Shown: positions 1 through 13,600, numbered from the stretch's first letter. The stretch is DNA of 64,000 bases from Eledone cirrhosa (GCA_964016885.1 OZ024755.1:2170001-2234000), one strand, 5' to 3'. Program-made: numbers and translations. Notes: a model not told the origin generated them from the letters alone.

Positions 1-660
1 GGTGGTGGTGGTGGTGGTCGTAGTGGTGGTAGTGTTGGTGATGGTGGTGGTGGTGGTGGTCGTAGTGGTGGTAGTGTTGGTGATGGTGGTCGTGGTGGTG
101 GTCGTAGTGGTGGTGGTGGTGGTGGTGATGGTGGTCATGGTGGTCATAGTGGTGGCGTTGGTGGTGGTGGTCGTAGTGGTGGTAGTGTTGGTGATGGTGG
201 TGGTGGTGGTGGTGGTCGTAGTGGTGGTAGTGTAGGTGATGGTGGTCGTGGTGGTCATAGTGGTGGCGTTGGTGGTGGTGGTCGTAGTGGTGGTAGTGTT
301 GGTGATGGTGGTCGTGGTGGTCATAGTTGTGGCGTTGGTGGTGGTGGTCGTAGTGGTGGTAGTGTTGGTGATGGTGGTCGTGGTGGTCATAGTGGTGGCG
401 TTGGTGGTGGTGGTCGTAGTGGTGGTAGTGTTGGTGTTGGTGGTGGTGGTAGTGTTGGTGATGGTGGTGGTGGTGATCATAGTGGTGGCGTTGGTAGTGG
501 TGGTCGTAGTGGTGGTAGTGTTGGTGATGGTGGTCATGGTGGTCATAGTGGTGGCGTTGGTGGTGGTGGTCGTAATGGTGGTAGTGTTGGTGATGGTGGT
601 CGTGGTGGTCATAGTGGTGGCGTTGGTGGTGGTGGTGGTGGTCGTCGTCGCCGTGGTGAT
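1..660. repeat. (GGT)n-derived minisatellite, ~60-63 bp recurring unit
   Basis: Unit ggtggtcgtagtggtggtagtgttggtgatggtggtcgtggtggtcatagtggtggcgttggt repeats with variable numbers of GGT; runs off the window start. Confidence 0.9.
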
Positions 661-685
661 AGTTGTGATAGTGGTTATATATACA

Positions 686-1036
686 ATAATGATTTCTACT
701 ATAGAAACGAGGCCAGCAATGGGGGAGGGCGAGGAGAAAGTCGATTAAATCGACCCCCAGTGCATAACTGGTACTTTATTTCATCGGCCCCGTAAGTATG
801 AAAGGCAAAGCTGAACTCGGTTGGTTATATATATATATATATATATACAATAACTGTTTCTACGTTTGGCACAAGGCCAGCAATAAACCAGTGTATTACT
901 GGTACTTTATTTTATCGACCCCGTAAGGATGAAAGGCAAAGTTAACCTCGGCGGGATTTGAACTCAGAATGGCAAGGGCCGTAACTCTATGCCTCAAAGC
1001 ATGGCGTCCGACGCTCTACCGATACTGCCAATCCAA
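686..1036 (-). mobile_element. Two adjacent family-A tRNA-headed SINE copies (3' part ~686-820; near full length ~850-1036)
   Basis: Reverse complement matches the in-window consensus tggattggcagtatcggtagag...ctgagttcaaatcccgccgaggttaactttgcctttcatccttacggggtcgataaaataaagtaccagt...ggccttgtgccaaa-gtagaaaca, with A-box and B-box (GTTCAAATC). Confidence 0.9.
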
Positions 1037-1074
1037 AACAAGATATAATTCAAAAATATCCACACAAAAAAAGA

Positions 1075-1168
1075 CTTGTTCAAGCGGAGGTTCTAGAAGA
1101 CACTTGCTCAAGTTGCCACAGTGTGTCTAGACCAGGAAACGACTGCTTATGGAACTACTTCACCACCC
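1075..1168 (-). mobile_element. Degenerate fragment of a third tRNA-headed SINE (family F)
   Basis: Reverse complement contains gtggcaacttgagcaagtgtcttctag, matching gtggcatcttaagctagcgttc in the copy at ~6150-6300. Confidence 0.45.
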
Positions 1169-1296
1169 AAAACAGAGAAATTGTATCTCACATTAACTTG
1201 CCAAATAGTTTTGATATCGAATGATATTTGAAAAATAATGTCTAGAAGCGAATCGATATCACGCACATAGTTACAAAACTAATAATTACAAGAAAT

Positions 1297-1390
<94 letters not shown>

Positions 1391-1814
1391 ATATATATGT
1401 ATGTATATATATATATATAATTATATATATGTATGTATATATATATATATATGTATATAGTTGTATATGAAAAACAAAATTGTCTACATCGTCAAAGTAA
1501 GCAGATAGTCTTTACATAAACGATTGGTTTATTATAACTAAATAAAACTGTAACATGTTCCGTCACGTAATGTATTTGATATCTAGAATCAGTTGTAATG
1601 TTACCAATTGTATTTACAAAGTCTGAGTTTCAAGTCTAGAAGTAACTGTAAACTAACATAGACTCGTATTTCAGTTTCAATGTGTTAATCTTGAGTAATG
1701 GAGACAATAACGTGAGCAGGGCAAAGAGGATTTACGAACACATACCTACACGTTTAGTCTATCTTGTCCAGACATTATACATAACCACAAGTACGCAGAC
1801 ATTCATATATATAT

Positions 1815-1953
1815 AACAAAGGAATTGTGGTAAGGAACCAGATGGACAATAATGCACCAGAGTACTCAATACTTAGGGTAGTAGAGTGGGAAATAGGAAA
1901 AAGTATGACCCCGACGGCTTGAGCTCTGCCGTCGGGGTCATACTTTTTCCTAT
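1815..1953 (-). mobile_element. (TA)n-embedded fold-back mini-element, family C (putative Penelope-like terminal remnant)
   Basis: ~80 bp shared segment (aacaaaggaattgtggtaaggaaccagatggac...gtagagtggg) plus a perfect 26-bp-arm palindrome at 1893-1953; TA repeats on both sides; homologues at 17464, 19898 and 54881. Confidence 0.75.
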
Positions 1954-2369
1954 ATATATATATATGTATGTGTGTGTTGATAAATATATGTACGTTGATG
2001 TGTGACTGGTTTGCGTATGTTTGGTGTATGATATGACTGCGTGTAAATATAAACGGATGTGTGTGTGTTTATGTGTGTGTACAAGAATGGATATATAAGT
2101 AAGTGTAACCTCGTGACTGGATCATTGCCAAACTTATGTTGTTGCTTTAACTGTAATGTTCCCATTGCTGTTATTGTTGTTGTAATCATAACTTTTTCTT
2201 CTTCTTGTTCTTGTTACTGCCATTCATGTTGCTACTAACACAGCTCCTTCTCTTCAATTAAACCACTCATTTCTATATTGGAAGTGCGAACCTAACAGCC
2301 TTTTCTCTGGCTAAGCATTTACTCTAATTCTAGTCGCCTTCTGGGGATGGTCAATGTATTTAATGTTTC

Positions 2370-2530
2370 CCCGACTTAATGAGGATCTAGTCAGAGATGC
2401 AATGTTAGGTTTAATGAAGCTGATGAGCTTGCCATGGATAGGGAGCAATGGCGAAAACAGATTGGCCAGTCATGGGTGCAGAACATCTCTAGCCATGTGG
2501 AAAGAGAATCTGTCGAAGAAGATGATATAC
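2370..2530 (+). mobile_element. RTE-type LINE 3' coding remnant
   Basis: One frame reads NEADELAMDREQWRKQI, resembling the A-x-DR-x-x-WR motif at the C-terminus of RTE-clade ORFs. Confidence 0.5.
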
Positions 2531-2684
2531 CGTTTATCTGCTCCACACTAGTTCCACTCGACAGTGACGTCATCATTGTCCTCGTGTCTTTTTACAAGAT
2601 CTCTTAATTACACACTCACTAATTATTTTGCTGGGTTTTTGACTCAGTTTATTAACGACATATAATTACAGCCCTTTGCATTGT

Positions 2685-3055
2685 GTTTTCAAATGTCGAT
2701 AAGGTCAACTTTGCTTTTCATCCTTCCGGGGTTGATAGAATAAAGTACCAGTTATGTACTGGGCCATTTTAGTCCACTTTCCCTCTCTGAGAGTGAACCT
2801 TGATAATGGTAGATGGCATCCACCATTTTCAACTTGGTGTATTATATTGTTTGCAATTTCCTTCAAAGCTATGTTGTAGTTGTTATTATTGTTATTATTA
2901 TTCAGAACATAAACGGACGTAACTTTGAAACATATAGTTACGTCCCTTTACGTTCTGTAAATGTAATATAAAGTACCAGTAACGCACTGGGGTCGATTTA
3001 ATCGAATTTCCCCTCCCCCAAAATTGTTGGCCTTGTGTCTATAGTAGAAACAATT
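2685..3055 (+). mobile_element. Family-A SINE fragments (~2685-2790 and ~2968-3055)
   Basis: aggtcaactttgcttttcatccttccggggttgatagaataaagtaccagt and aaagtaccagtaacgcactggggtcgatttaatcg...ggccttgtgtctatagtagaaaca match the family-A body and tail. Confidence 0.8.
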
Positions 3056-3232
3056 ATTATTATTATTAAACCAACAAGTGAATCTATGTGATTGCTCACC
3101 CAGCTCGTAATAGCAGCCTTCACATCACCTTTTATCATTTTTCAAATATGACAAGACATCTGGAGGTACTCCAGCTTGGAACTGGCCTGATAACTAAAAT
3201 AGCAAGACATAAAGAGATCGGTTGATAAAAGG

Positions 3233-3606
3233 AAGGTACCAGTAATACACTGGAAGCTTGATTTAATCATCGACTTTCTCCATTCCTTTCAAATTTCAGG
3301 CCTTGTGCCAAAAGTAAGAACAATTAATAGTAACTAAGTCAGCAATTTAGATTGAGCTTGAAAGTACCAGTAATAAACTGTGGGTTGATTTAATTGACTT
3401 TCTCCATTCCTTTCAAATTTCAGGCCTTGTGCCAAAAGTAAGAACAATTAATAGTAACTAAGTCAGCAATTTAGATTGAGCTTGAAAGTACCAGTAATAA
3501 ACTGTGGGTTGATTTAATTGACTTTCTCCATTCCTTTCAAATTTCAGGCCTTGTGCCAAAAGTAAGAACAATTAATAGTAACTAAGTCAGCAATTTAGAT
3601 TGAGCT
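3233..3606 (+). repeat. Tandem triplication (124-bp period) of a family-A SINE 3' half plus flank
   Basis: Unit aaagtaccagtaataaactg...ggccttgtgccaaaagtaagaacaattaatagtaactaagtcagcaatttagattgagct starts at 3361 and 3485 (essentially identical), with a more diverged first copy near 3233. Confidence 0.9.
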
Positions 3607-3804
3607 CGTCTTGGATTCACCTCTAACATTCTTGATAATCTATGTTAGTCTCTCTGTGGTGTTCCATTAAACTACGAAATCGTTGTACTTATTACTAGTG
3701 TTGTTATTGTTGTTGTAGTTTCTGCAGTTACTGTTGAGTCAGTCTTCTAATGTTAAATGCATGCCTGCTTTCACTTAATAACAGCGCATGGCTATGAATG
3801 TCAT

Positions 3805-4340
<536 letters not shown>

Positions 4341-4712
4341 AGGCTAATTGATGTATGGAACTAACCTCCTTGGATTTCTTCCTAAGTGAAATGTTAGCCC
4401 GGATTGTTGATTAGCTGACTGGGTAAGTTCCACCATTACTTCCTGTCCTTAAAAAGTAGGGTTTCAATAGTTAATTCTGCTTCACACCATCACCACTAAC
4501 CTTCCAACATTACATCACTCACACAATACTACCAGTCTTCACCATCAACTACTAACTACACTATCAATATAATGTGACCAGTGACGACCTGCAGCTAAAC
4601 AACAACTAAACATAACTACTTTCTTCTCTAAACCATTCATCTACTCAGCATTCAGCTACGACCTGGTCAATAACCAAAGGTTACACAGAGAATAGCGATA
4701 TCAATAATAATA

Positions 4713-4997
4713 ATAATTGTTTCTACTTTTGGCACAAGGCCAGCAAATACCCCAGTGTATTACTGGTACTTTATTTTATCGACCACGTAAGGATGAAAGA
4801 CAAAGTTAACCTCAGCGCGATTTGAACTCAGACCGTAAAGGACCGTAACTCTATGCTGCAAAGCATGGTGTCCGACTCTCTACCGATACTGCCTATCCAC
4901 GGCCCTAATAATAATGGTTTCAGATTTAGACACAAGACCAACAATTTTGGGGGAGGGGAAGGTCGATTAAGTCGACCTCAGTGCATGACTGGTACTC
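4713..4997 (-). mobile_element. Family-A SINE near full length (4713-4899) plus a 3' fragment (~4912-4997)
   Basis: Match to family-A consensus on the reverse strand. Confidence 0.9.
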
Positions 4998-5174
4998 TAG
5001 ACCATGCATGCGTTATGTATAATATATATATATAAACCTCGCTACAAATACTTTCAGCTTTGACCATGTCTCGCTAAAAGTATTTAATCTACAATTTATT
5101 CTTCTATCAATTTATCTTGCTCCCTCTTTCGTCATTTATTTTCGTTTTCCTCCTCCTCCATTCTTCTTCTTCGT

Positions 5175-5370
5175 ATTGACAGAATCTGTAGAGCGTCGGA
5201 CAACATGCTTTACAGCATAGGGCTACGGCCCTTTATGTTCCGTGTTCAGATCCTGCCGAGGTTAACTTTGCCTTTCATCCTTACGGGGTCGATAAAATAA
5301 AGTACCAGTATTGCACTGGGGTCGATTTAATAGACTTTCCCTTTCCCCAAAAATGTGTTGGCCTTATCCG
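5175..5370 (+). mobile_element. Family-A SINE (long variant)
   Basis: gtagagcgtcggac...gttcagatcctgccgaggttaactttgcctttcatccttacggggtcgataaaataaagtaccag...ggggtcgatttaatagactttccc. Confidence 0.9.
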
Positions 5371-5380
5371 TAGATCAGAA

Positions 5381-5500
5381 GTGTGTGGTCTAGTGGTTGA
5401 GGTGCTTGGCTCAGGATCGTAAAGGTATTTGTTAGATTCTCTATCGTAGGTTGTGTCCTTGAGCAAGGCACTTTAATTCCCATTGGTCTTGTCTACTCAG
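5381..5500 (+). mobile_element. Family-B tRNA-headed SINE, head and core fragment
   Basis: gtggtctagtggtt A-box, then gttgtgtccttgagcaaggcacttta core shared with the copies at 7327, 32020, 36170 and 63268. Confidence 0.75.
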
Positions 5501-5976
5501 TCCTTTCAAACTTGTCCACCATATAATTTATTTTGCTATAGCTACCAAATACAGGAAAAGTACCAGCCCTTCACTGGAGGTAGTAGGGAGGTTTTCCCGA
5601 TGGTATAGTCGTAAATCCTTATCTTGGTTTTCATATATATCTTGATATATATCTATCCTGATCTATCCTACATGCAACAACACATGTTCAACATGACTTG
5701 TAGTAAGTATTTTATAATTGTATTATTGGATGTTCCATAATTATATTACGCTTTTATGTTAATTACTAACGGTGAAATTATATAAGATCACAAGAATCTC
5801 GTGTTCATACAAACTGCCTTATAATGTAACATCTCGCCATTCATTAGAAAAGATGGATGAAGGATTCCATTAGCCGCCAAGTTCCAAAATGTGAAATACA
5901 TCTATATTTGTATACTGGCTCCTTGAAATTACGGATTACAACAATTTTCACACTTCAGAAGTTACTGTAATCAACT

Positions 5977-6140
5977 ATGTCATCAATAATAATCAACCTT
6001 CCTATGTTATGGGATAATTATGTAGAGGAATTTGATAAATTCATTATCCAATTTGAAAGATATTTGAGATTTATGAAGGCAGTTGAAAACGATAAATTAA
6101 ACTTATTTCTATAGAGTCAGCAAGATAAAGCAGCCGATAC
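5977..6140 (+). pseudogene. Possible decayed LTR-retrotransposon gag N-terminus
   Basis: ATG at 5977 gives MSSIIINLPMLWDNYVEEFDKFIIQFERYLRFMKAVENDKLNLFL*SQQDKAAD, resembling the helical start of Gypsy-type Gag; recognised by eye only. Confidence 0.3.
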
Positions 6141-6149
6141 TTCACTGGA

Positions 6150-6545
6150 GTAAACGTTGCTTGACCGAATATTCCAGAAGTTTACTTTGCAATTCATAAA
6201 GTCTCGAGTTCAATTCCATGGAGTGGCATCTTAAGCTAGCGTTCGTATAAGCAACCATTTGAGTGAAATTTGGTAGACTGAAACTGTTTAGAAGCCCGTC
6301 TAATGGACTGTATCTGTAATTCAAAGGATCGGCCTTGTTTCATTGTTTTAGGCTGAATCTTCCAGAGAATTGGGTTAAGATTGTTATATATGTGGAATGG
6401 CCAGCTATAAATGAGTACCAGCAGTAGCTGGGGGAGTTTAACTCTGCGATGGACTAGCGTCCTGTCTAGGGGATATCCTTGTACTCTCAGTCACTTCACA
6501 CCACCGAAACCTGGATAAGCACCGATCTGATGATTCTCCGGGTTT
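6150..6545 (+). mobile_element. Family-F SINE remnant (~6150-6300) followed by a family-B tail-1 fragment (~6403-6545)
   Basis: gagttcaattcc B-box and gagtgaaatttggtagactgaaactg...gaagcccgtc; then ctctgcgatggactagcgtcctgtctaggggg...cttgtactctcagtc, homologous to 63430-63530. Confidence 0.65.
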
Positions 6546-7060
6546 GAAACAGATTTTAGGCTTATTTATTGGAGAAAATATAAAGATCTCCGATCAAAAT
6601 TTCAATCTCTTGTCAAACGTGATGATGAAGCAATGCCTGGTGTTAAATCAAACCAGAAATCATATGAAACGGCGCAATCTGTTTAGTGAAACAAGCATAC
6701 TGTAATTGGAAGAACGAATCTAAATTTTGAAATATCAACATTTGCAATTTCATCATTGGAATGGCTGGTGCCCGCCTTATATCTCATTCCGACATCTTTG
6801 TGATCCTTGCTTCATAATTTCAATCACTTCAGATTTAATTTAATGGTAAATTCCTGTCTTTAATAGTGTCTCATGCATGTGCTGTTCCGAAATTTAATAG
6901 CATGTTTGACGACTCTGCAGAACTTGGAATATTCATTAACTGAAGCTGGGGAATTTCTGTGGAAACACTGTCTTGTCTATATGTTACTCCACTCGGAATA
7001 ACAAATACTTGCAATGGTTAAATCAGTTGAAAATATATGGCATTACTTATTAGCGTGTAT

Positions 7061-7315
7061 TTGGCGGTGGATTGGCATTTGGGGGTGGGGTGGATTGGCT
7101 ATTTGGCGGTGGGGTGGATTGGCATTTGGCGGTGGATTGGCAGTATCGGTAGAGGGTCTAACGCCATGCTTTACAGCAAAGAGTTACGGCCTTCTATGGT
7201 CAGAGTTCAAATCCCGCCGAAGTTAACTTTGCCTTTCATCTTTACGGGGTCGATAAAATAAAGTACCAGTAATGCACTGGGATAATTGCTGGCCTTGTGC
7301 CAAAAAGTAGAAACA
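7061..7315 (+). mobile_element. Full-length family-A SINE (short variant) with reiterated 5' head and 18-bp TSD
   Basis: TSD attacttattagcgtgta at 7042-7059 and 7316-7333; intact A-box and B-box; head motif gg(t/c)ggtggattggc repeated about four times. Confidence 0.92.
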
Positions 7316-7324
7316 ATTACTTAT

Positions 7325-7555
7325 TAGCGTGTAGCTTAGTGGTTAGATAATTGGATTCGCAATTGTTGAGGTTGCGAGTTCCATTCCGGGGCCGGGTGAA
7401 GCTTTATGTCCTTGAGCAAGATACTTGATTTCACGATGTTCTTTCTGCTAGGATATGCGACCGGTAGATGCTATCAGCAATAGAAATATTGTTTCCTTTG
7501 TTAGATTTGACGAGTTTCACCTCAACTCGGTAAGCAAATGAAATTTGGGAACTTA
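7325..7555 (+). mobile_element. Family-B SINE with tail type 3
   Basis: tagcttagtggttag...gagttccattcc head, tgtccttgagcaagatactt core; tail (attgtttcct...gatttgacgag...taagcaaatga) shared with 32020-32235. Confidence 0.75.
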
Positions 7556-8413
7556 TCGGTCGATACAGAAAAAACTTATTGGACAAAAATCAAATTTTTT
7601 ACAAATCAACAAATAATTCTCCTATGTGATTGCCCTCGTAAATCTGTTCTTAAAATGCTGAATTGTATCGAAGAGTTTCCAAATGAAACACAGGATCGCC
7701 AAATAATTTGGCTGCAGACGCATTAAGCAAAATTTCTGCAATTACTAAAGATAATGAATTGATGTCAAAAAAACTTTTATGAAATGATCAGACGCTCTGG
7801 GATAGATAGATAGATAAATGGATAAATTGCTGACATGAAAAATATTCAATTGTAATAACCTATTAAGAAAATACATTACGGATAAAATTAGATATATGTG
7901 TGATATATGTTGAAGGTTGAAACCTCGCTTCATCAAAATTACAACTGGTCAACTTATTCTACCAAGCAAACCTTCCCAATGTCCGCCAGTTCATATTGTT
8001 AGATAGGAATCAATTACTAACGCGGGCAACAATCATGTTGACAGTAGATGATGAGTTAACGTGTTATCCTTAAGAATTTACTTTAACTATAGAAGCGTCG
8101 CAAGTTATTCAATGATTCTCGTTATTCATCATTATCCGTCCTGTTTGCTGCTCCAAACTTTGTTGATAGAAACCAAGGCAAACAATTTAGAAAGCGCAGA
8201 AGTTTTGGTTTCTTTAAGTAGATGGAATCTTCATAACTTTACAGCAATTCTCTATTATCCTTCTTCACCAAAAGAACAAATGATTTTTACGATTGAGTGA
8301 TATGGATAACAATTTAGTTACGTCTAAACCAACAGGATAATGCCCTACCTTACGATGAGCTACATTCTAAGCGGTCCACTACTCGAAAAGGGTTGCCCAA
8401 GCCTGCTTTAGAA

Positions 8414-8444
<31 letters not shown>

Positions 8445-9054
8445 GTAAACAATCATACCACCAAGAACAATAACATCAGCAGTAACACTTCTATATTTTA
8501 ATAACTTCTTGGAACTCCTTTAAAATATTTTATTTATTTCATTTTCGCCATAGTTTTTTTCCATTTCATATCATTATTTATTTTACAATTGTTGGTTTTT
8601 TTTTCATTTCATTTGTAAGAATTTATATTTTTATTACCTTGAAAACCATTGAACCAAAATAGGTTCTCATTGGTGTAGTTATTGTATTAAATACACTTCC
8701 TTCTAACTCTATCTCTCTCTATTTATCTCTCTCTCTCCCTCTCCCTCTCTCTATCTCTCTATATATCTATCTATCTATCTATCTCTATCTCTCTATCTCT
8801 CAATCTATCTATCTATCTCTCTCGCTCATTCAACACACATACTTATTCACATACACTTATCTATACACACTCATCTACAGCCACACACACAGTACACTAA
8901 TTCCAACACACACACACACACGCACACACACACTCATTCACAAACACACACGTTATTTCACTTTCTATTATTTAAAGACATATTTATGGAAAAAAGATTG
9001 CAAGACATTCTTGCATTCTCTTCTTCTTCTTCTTCTTCTCTTCTTCTTCTTCTG

Positions 9055-9372
9055 TCTTTCGTTCGATAAAATAAAGTACCAGTAAAGCACTGGATCGATT
9101 TAATCGACTTTCCCTCCCCTAAATTACTGGCCTTGTGCCTATACTAGAAATCATTACTGGTGGTTTGGCAAGATAATCAGTAGAGCGTCGGACAGCATTC
9201 TGAGTGGCACAGAGTTACGGCCCTGTACGTTCTAAGTTCAAATCCCACCGAGGTTAACTTTGCCTTTCATCCTTACGATTTCGATAAAATAAAGTACCAG
9301 TAATGTACTGAGGTCGATTTAATCGACTTCCTCTCCCCCCAAATTGCTGACCTTGTGCCTAAAGTAGAAATC
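9055..9372 (+). mobile_element. Two tandem family-A SINE copies (3' fragment plus full-length long variant)
   Basis: Match to family-A consensus. Confidence 0.9.
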
Positions 9373-9544
9373 CTTATTATTCTTGTTGCACATGTTTATT
9401 GTGTATTATATATTAATTTATATAGTTATCTTTATATCTATGATACTTTGTCTGATATATTTAGCTCGCTTCCTATATTGTTAATACATGTTGTATTGTC
9501 TATTATGTATTTAGATATTCATCGTGTTTATATAAATATATATA

Positions 9545-9621
<77 letters not shown>

Positions 9622-10032
9622 CTATAGTTAGCTAGCTTACTATGTTTTTCTGTTTGTCTATATGCTGTATTGTCTCTTATGTATATATATATTCTTTTTT
9701 TTTAAATTATATATTTAGGTATTTCATTATATTATGTTATATATATATGTATATATATTTATATATAAATATATATTTATATATATATAATTATATTGTT
9801 GTTGTTGTTGTTGTATGTTTATTTACGTGCAGCAGAGTTATTAGATGTTTGCCTAGCTATTGTATTCGCCATTATAGTTCTATCCTTATTAAGGAAGCAC
9901 AATTCTATGGATACTATTGATATTATTTATATTATATATATTATATTATATATATAATTTAAGGTATTTATATTATTAATATTATTTATATTATTTTTAG
10001 TATATCTAGTATTTATATATTTATATTATTTG

Positions 10033-10069
<37 letters not shown>

Positions 10070-10469
10070 ATACATATATATTATTTATATTATATATAAT
10101 TTATATTATTATATATATGTGTATATATATTAGTAACATTATATATATAGTATTGTTTATATTTTGTGTATAATATGCTAATGTTGTGTTGTTATATTTT
10201 TGCTGCTTTTCACACTAGAAATTTTTTCAGCAGGTTTCGTTATAAAGCAGACACTAAATAAACACACACTCACACATACACACTGACACACACGCGTAAA
10301 TACGGATACGCACACATTTATACGTACGTACGTACACATACAGACACATATACACTCTTGCTTACTCAGAAATATGAACACACACACACACATTCCGACA
10401 AACAAGTAAACAAATATAAGAAAATAATCTGCCAGCCAGACAGTCGGACAGGGTGACAGTCAGTCGGTG

Positions 10470-11270
<801 letters not shown>

Positions 11271-11448
11271 ATGCTACACACACACAAACTCCACACCCAC
11301 CTCCACACACATGTCTGTGTTTATAGTGTCTGTCTGTCTCTCTCTCTCTCTCTGACTTTCTGATTGACGGAGCTGTTTTATAAAGTTGTCTAATTGATTG
11401 AATGAGGAATATTTGTGTATGTATATATTCCTACTGACGTGTGTGAGC

Positions 11449-11479
<31 letters not shown>

Positions 11480-11556
11480 TTTGTATATAGATATATGTAT
11501 AAATACGTGTGTACACAAATACATGTGCATGTGTATATATATATATATATATTATA

Positions 11557-11587
<31 letters not shown>

Positions 11588-11594
11588 GTATGTA

Positions 11595-11625
<31 letters not shown>

Positions 11626-11736
11626 AAGCAAGAAAGAGGAAGAGAAAGAAAGAGTGACATCAATGGAAATATCCATAAATTCATGCAGACATGAATGCAT
11701 ACAATTATTTATATACACCTACATGTAACATATAAT

Positions 11737-11800
<64 letters not shown>

Positions 11801-12186
11801 TATTTGCATAATGATTTGGTAAATGGTGAAGAATATCAAAGGATTGAAGAAATTACCTGCAGTGTTGTTGGTTTTGTCTAAAATTAGATTGATTGTCTTC
11901 CACAGTTATTCCTGTATTTGTTCTGTGTATACAGCTTTATAGATATGTATGTATATGTTCACACAAGTGTGTGTGTGTGTGTACCAGTGTTCTTGTGTAC
12001 GTACACACACGCATTCTTTCATTTTTTTTATTAACGTGTATATGTAATTGTGTGAATATGTTTGTCCATGGATTTGATCATATGGGAGTTTCTGAGCAAA
12101 CACACACTCACATGTGTTATATGGACTCTCTCGTCGTTTATTGACGTATGAGGGTATATACACACGCACACACGCACACACACACG

Positions 12187-12276
<90 letters not shown>

Positions 12277-12362
12277 GTTGTGCGAGAGTACGACGCCTCC
12301 CTGGCGAGAATGGGCTGGACCAATACATCTAAATAGTAGCGGGGCTGATTGTTAAGCCGGTA

Positions 12363-12430
12363 TTTACTCTTTTACTCTTTTACCTGTTCCAACCATCTGG
12401 CTGAGGCCATGCTGGGGCACCACTCTTGAG
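12363..12430 (-). mobile_element. Retroposon-like 3' tail fused directly downstream of the U6 copy
   Basis: Reverse complement ctcaagagtggtgccccagcatggcctcagccagatggttggaacaggtaaaagagtaaaagagtaaa ends in a short tandem repeat (gtaaaaga)n, as RTE-type LINE/SINE 3' ends do. Confidence 0.65.
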
Positions 12431-12525
12431 AAAATGTGAAACGCTTCATGAATTTGCATGTCATCTTTGAACAGGGGCCATGCTAATCTCCTCTGTACCG
12501 TTCCAATTTTAGAATAGGTACTGAC
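12431..12525 (-). pseudogene. U6: U6 spliceosomal snRNA pseudogene (lacks ~11 nt at the 5' end)
   Basis: Reverse complement reads gtcagtacctattctaaaattggaacggtacagaggagattagcatggcccctgttcaaagatgacatgcaaattcatgaagcgtttcacatttt; ungapped alignment to recalled metazoan U6 gives about 13 differences in 95 nt. The ACAGAGA box is mutated to ACAGAGG. Confidence 0.92.
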
Positions 12526-13083
12526 AATTTTAATAAGATTTAGCTGTTATATCTAGCTGGTAGAGTGATCTATTAGGGTTTTTTTCCCTCTTTCGTTCGC
12601 CTCACTTGAGGGGTTTAATGACACAAGCAAAAGTGGGGTATAATTATCATCCACTTAATAGGATGGCAACCGGAAACCAGAATTGATCACTGGATCACAA
12701 GGTTGTTTATGATTCGGAAAATAACAATTAAAAAGTTGAGTGTAGAGTGAAATGTAGCGAACTAAAGAGAGTGTCGTCCAGTTAAATATTTGATACGAGG
12801 AGAGAACCCTAGAAAGTGTAATAATATATAGGGAGATATAATAAGGAGGACTATGTATGTTATACCTCATGTTGATATTAAACTGATTTCTTATTGAATG
12901 TAGCTCGCTTTACAAACACACACACATATGTATGTATATATATACACACACTCAGTCACTCATATATATGTGCATGTATATATATATATATATATAGGAT
13001 GTTATTCTGAAGGGGATCCTGAGAAAAAACACTATTAAATAGGGTTAGGGTTCGGGATATATATATATATAGAGAGAGAGAGA

Positions 13084-13136
<53 letters not shown>

Positions 13137-13504
13137 GGATAGATAAATAGGTAGATATATAATTTTTTTGTTTGTTTTACAAGGTTCTTTATGTGAAATC
13201 GTGTGTTAAAGCAGATACTGTTGTACGTATTGAAGGTCATCGGGATGCCAATAAAAATATACGCTCCAGTTGAGATTCATTTCATTTTTTGTTATTACTA
13301 GACAGGTAACTAATCTAATGGTCGGTTGGTTTAGCAACCAAGCGGTTATGTATTTAGTATTAGGTTGCTAAACCAACCGATGAATGAATTACTTACCTCA
13401 CAAATTATAAAAACCAAAGTTAAGCTGGCGCATATGTTTTTATTGGCACCATGACCCTCACGATGTTGTCTTGTCCTTACTTTGTTAATTTTCTTGAGAT
13501 TATA

Positions 13505-13600
<96 letters not shown>

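Noticed and set aside
12431-12525. Functional U6 gene
   Set aside because: The 5' stem-loop is truncated, the ACAGAGA box and internal stem-loop are mutated, and no upstream promoter elements are evident.
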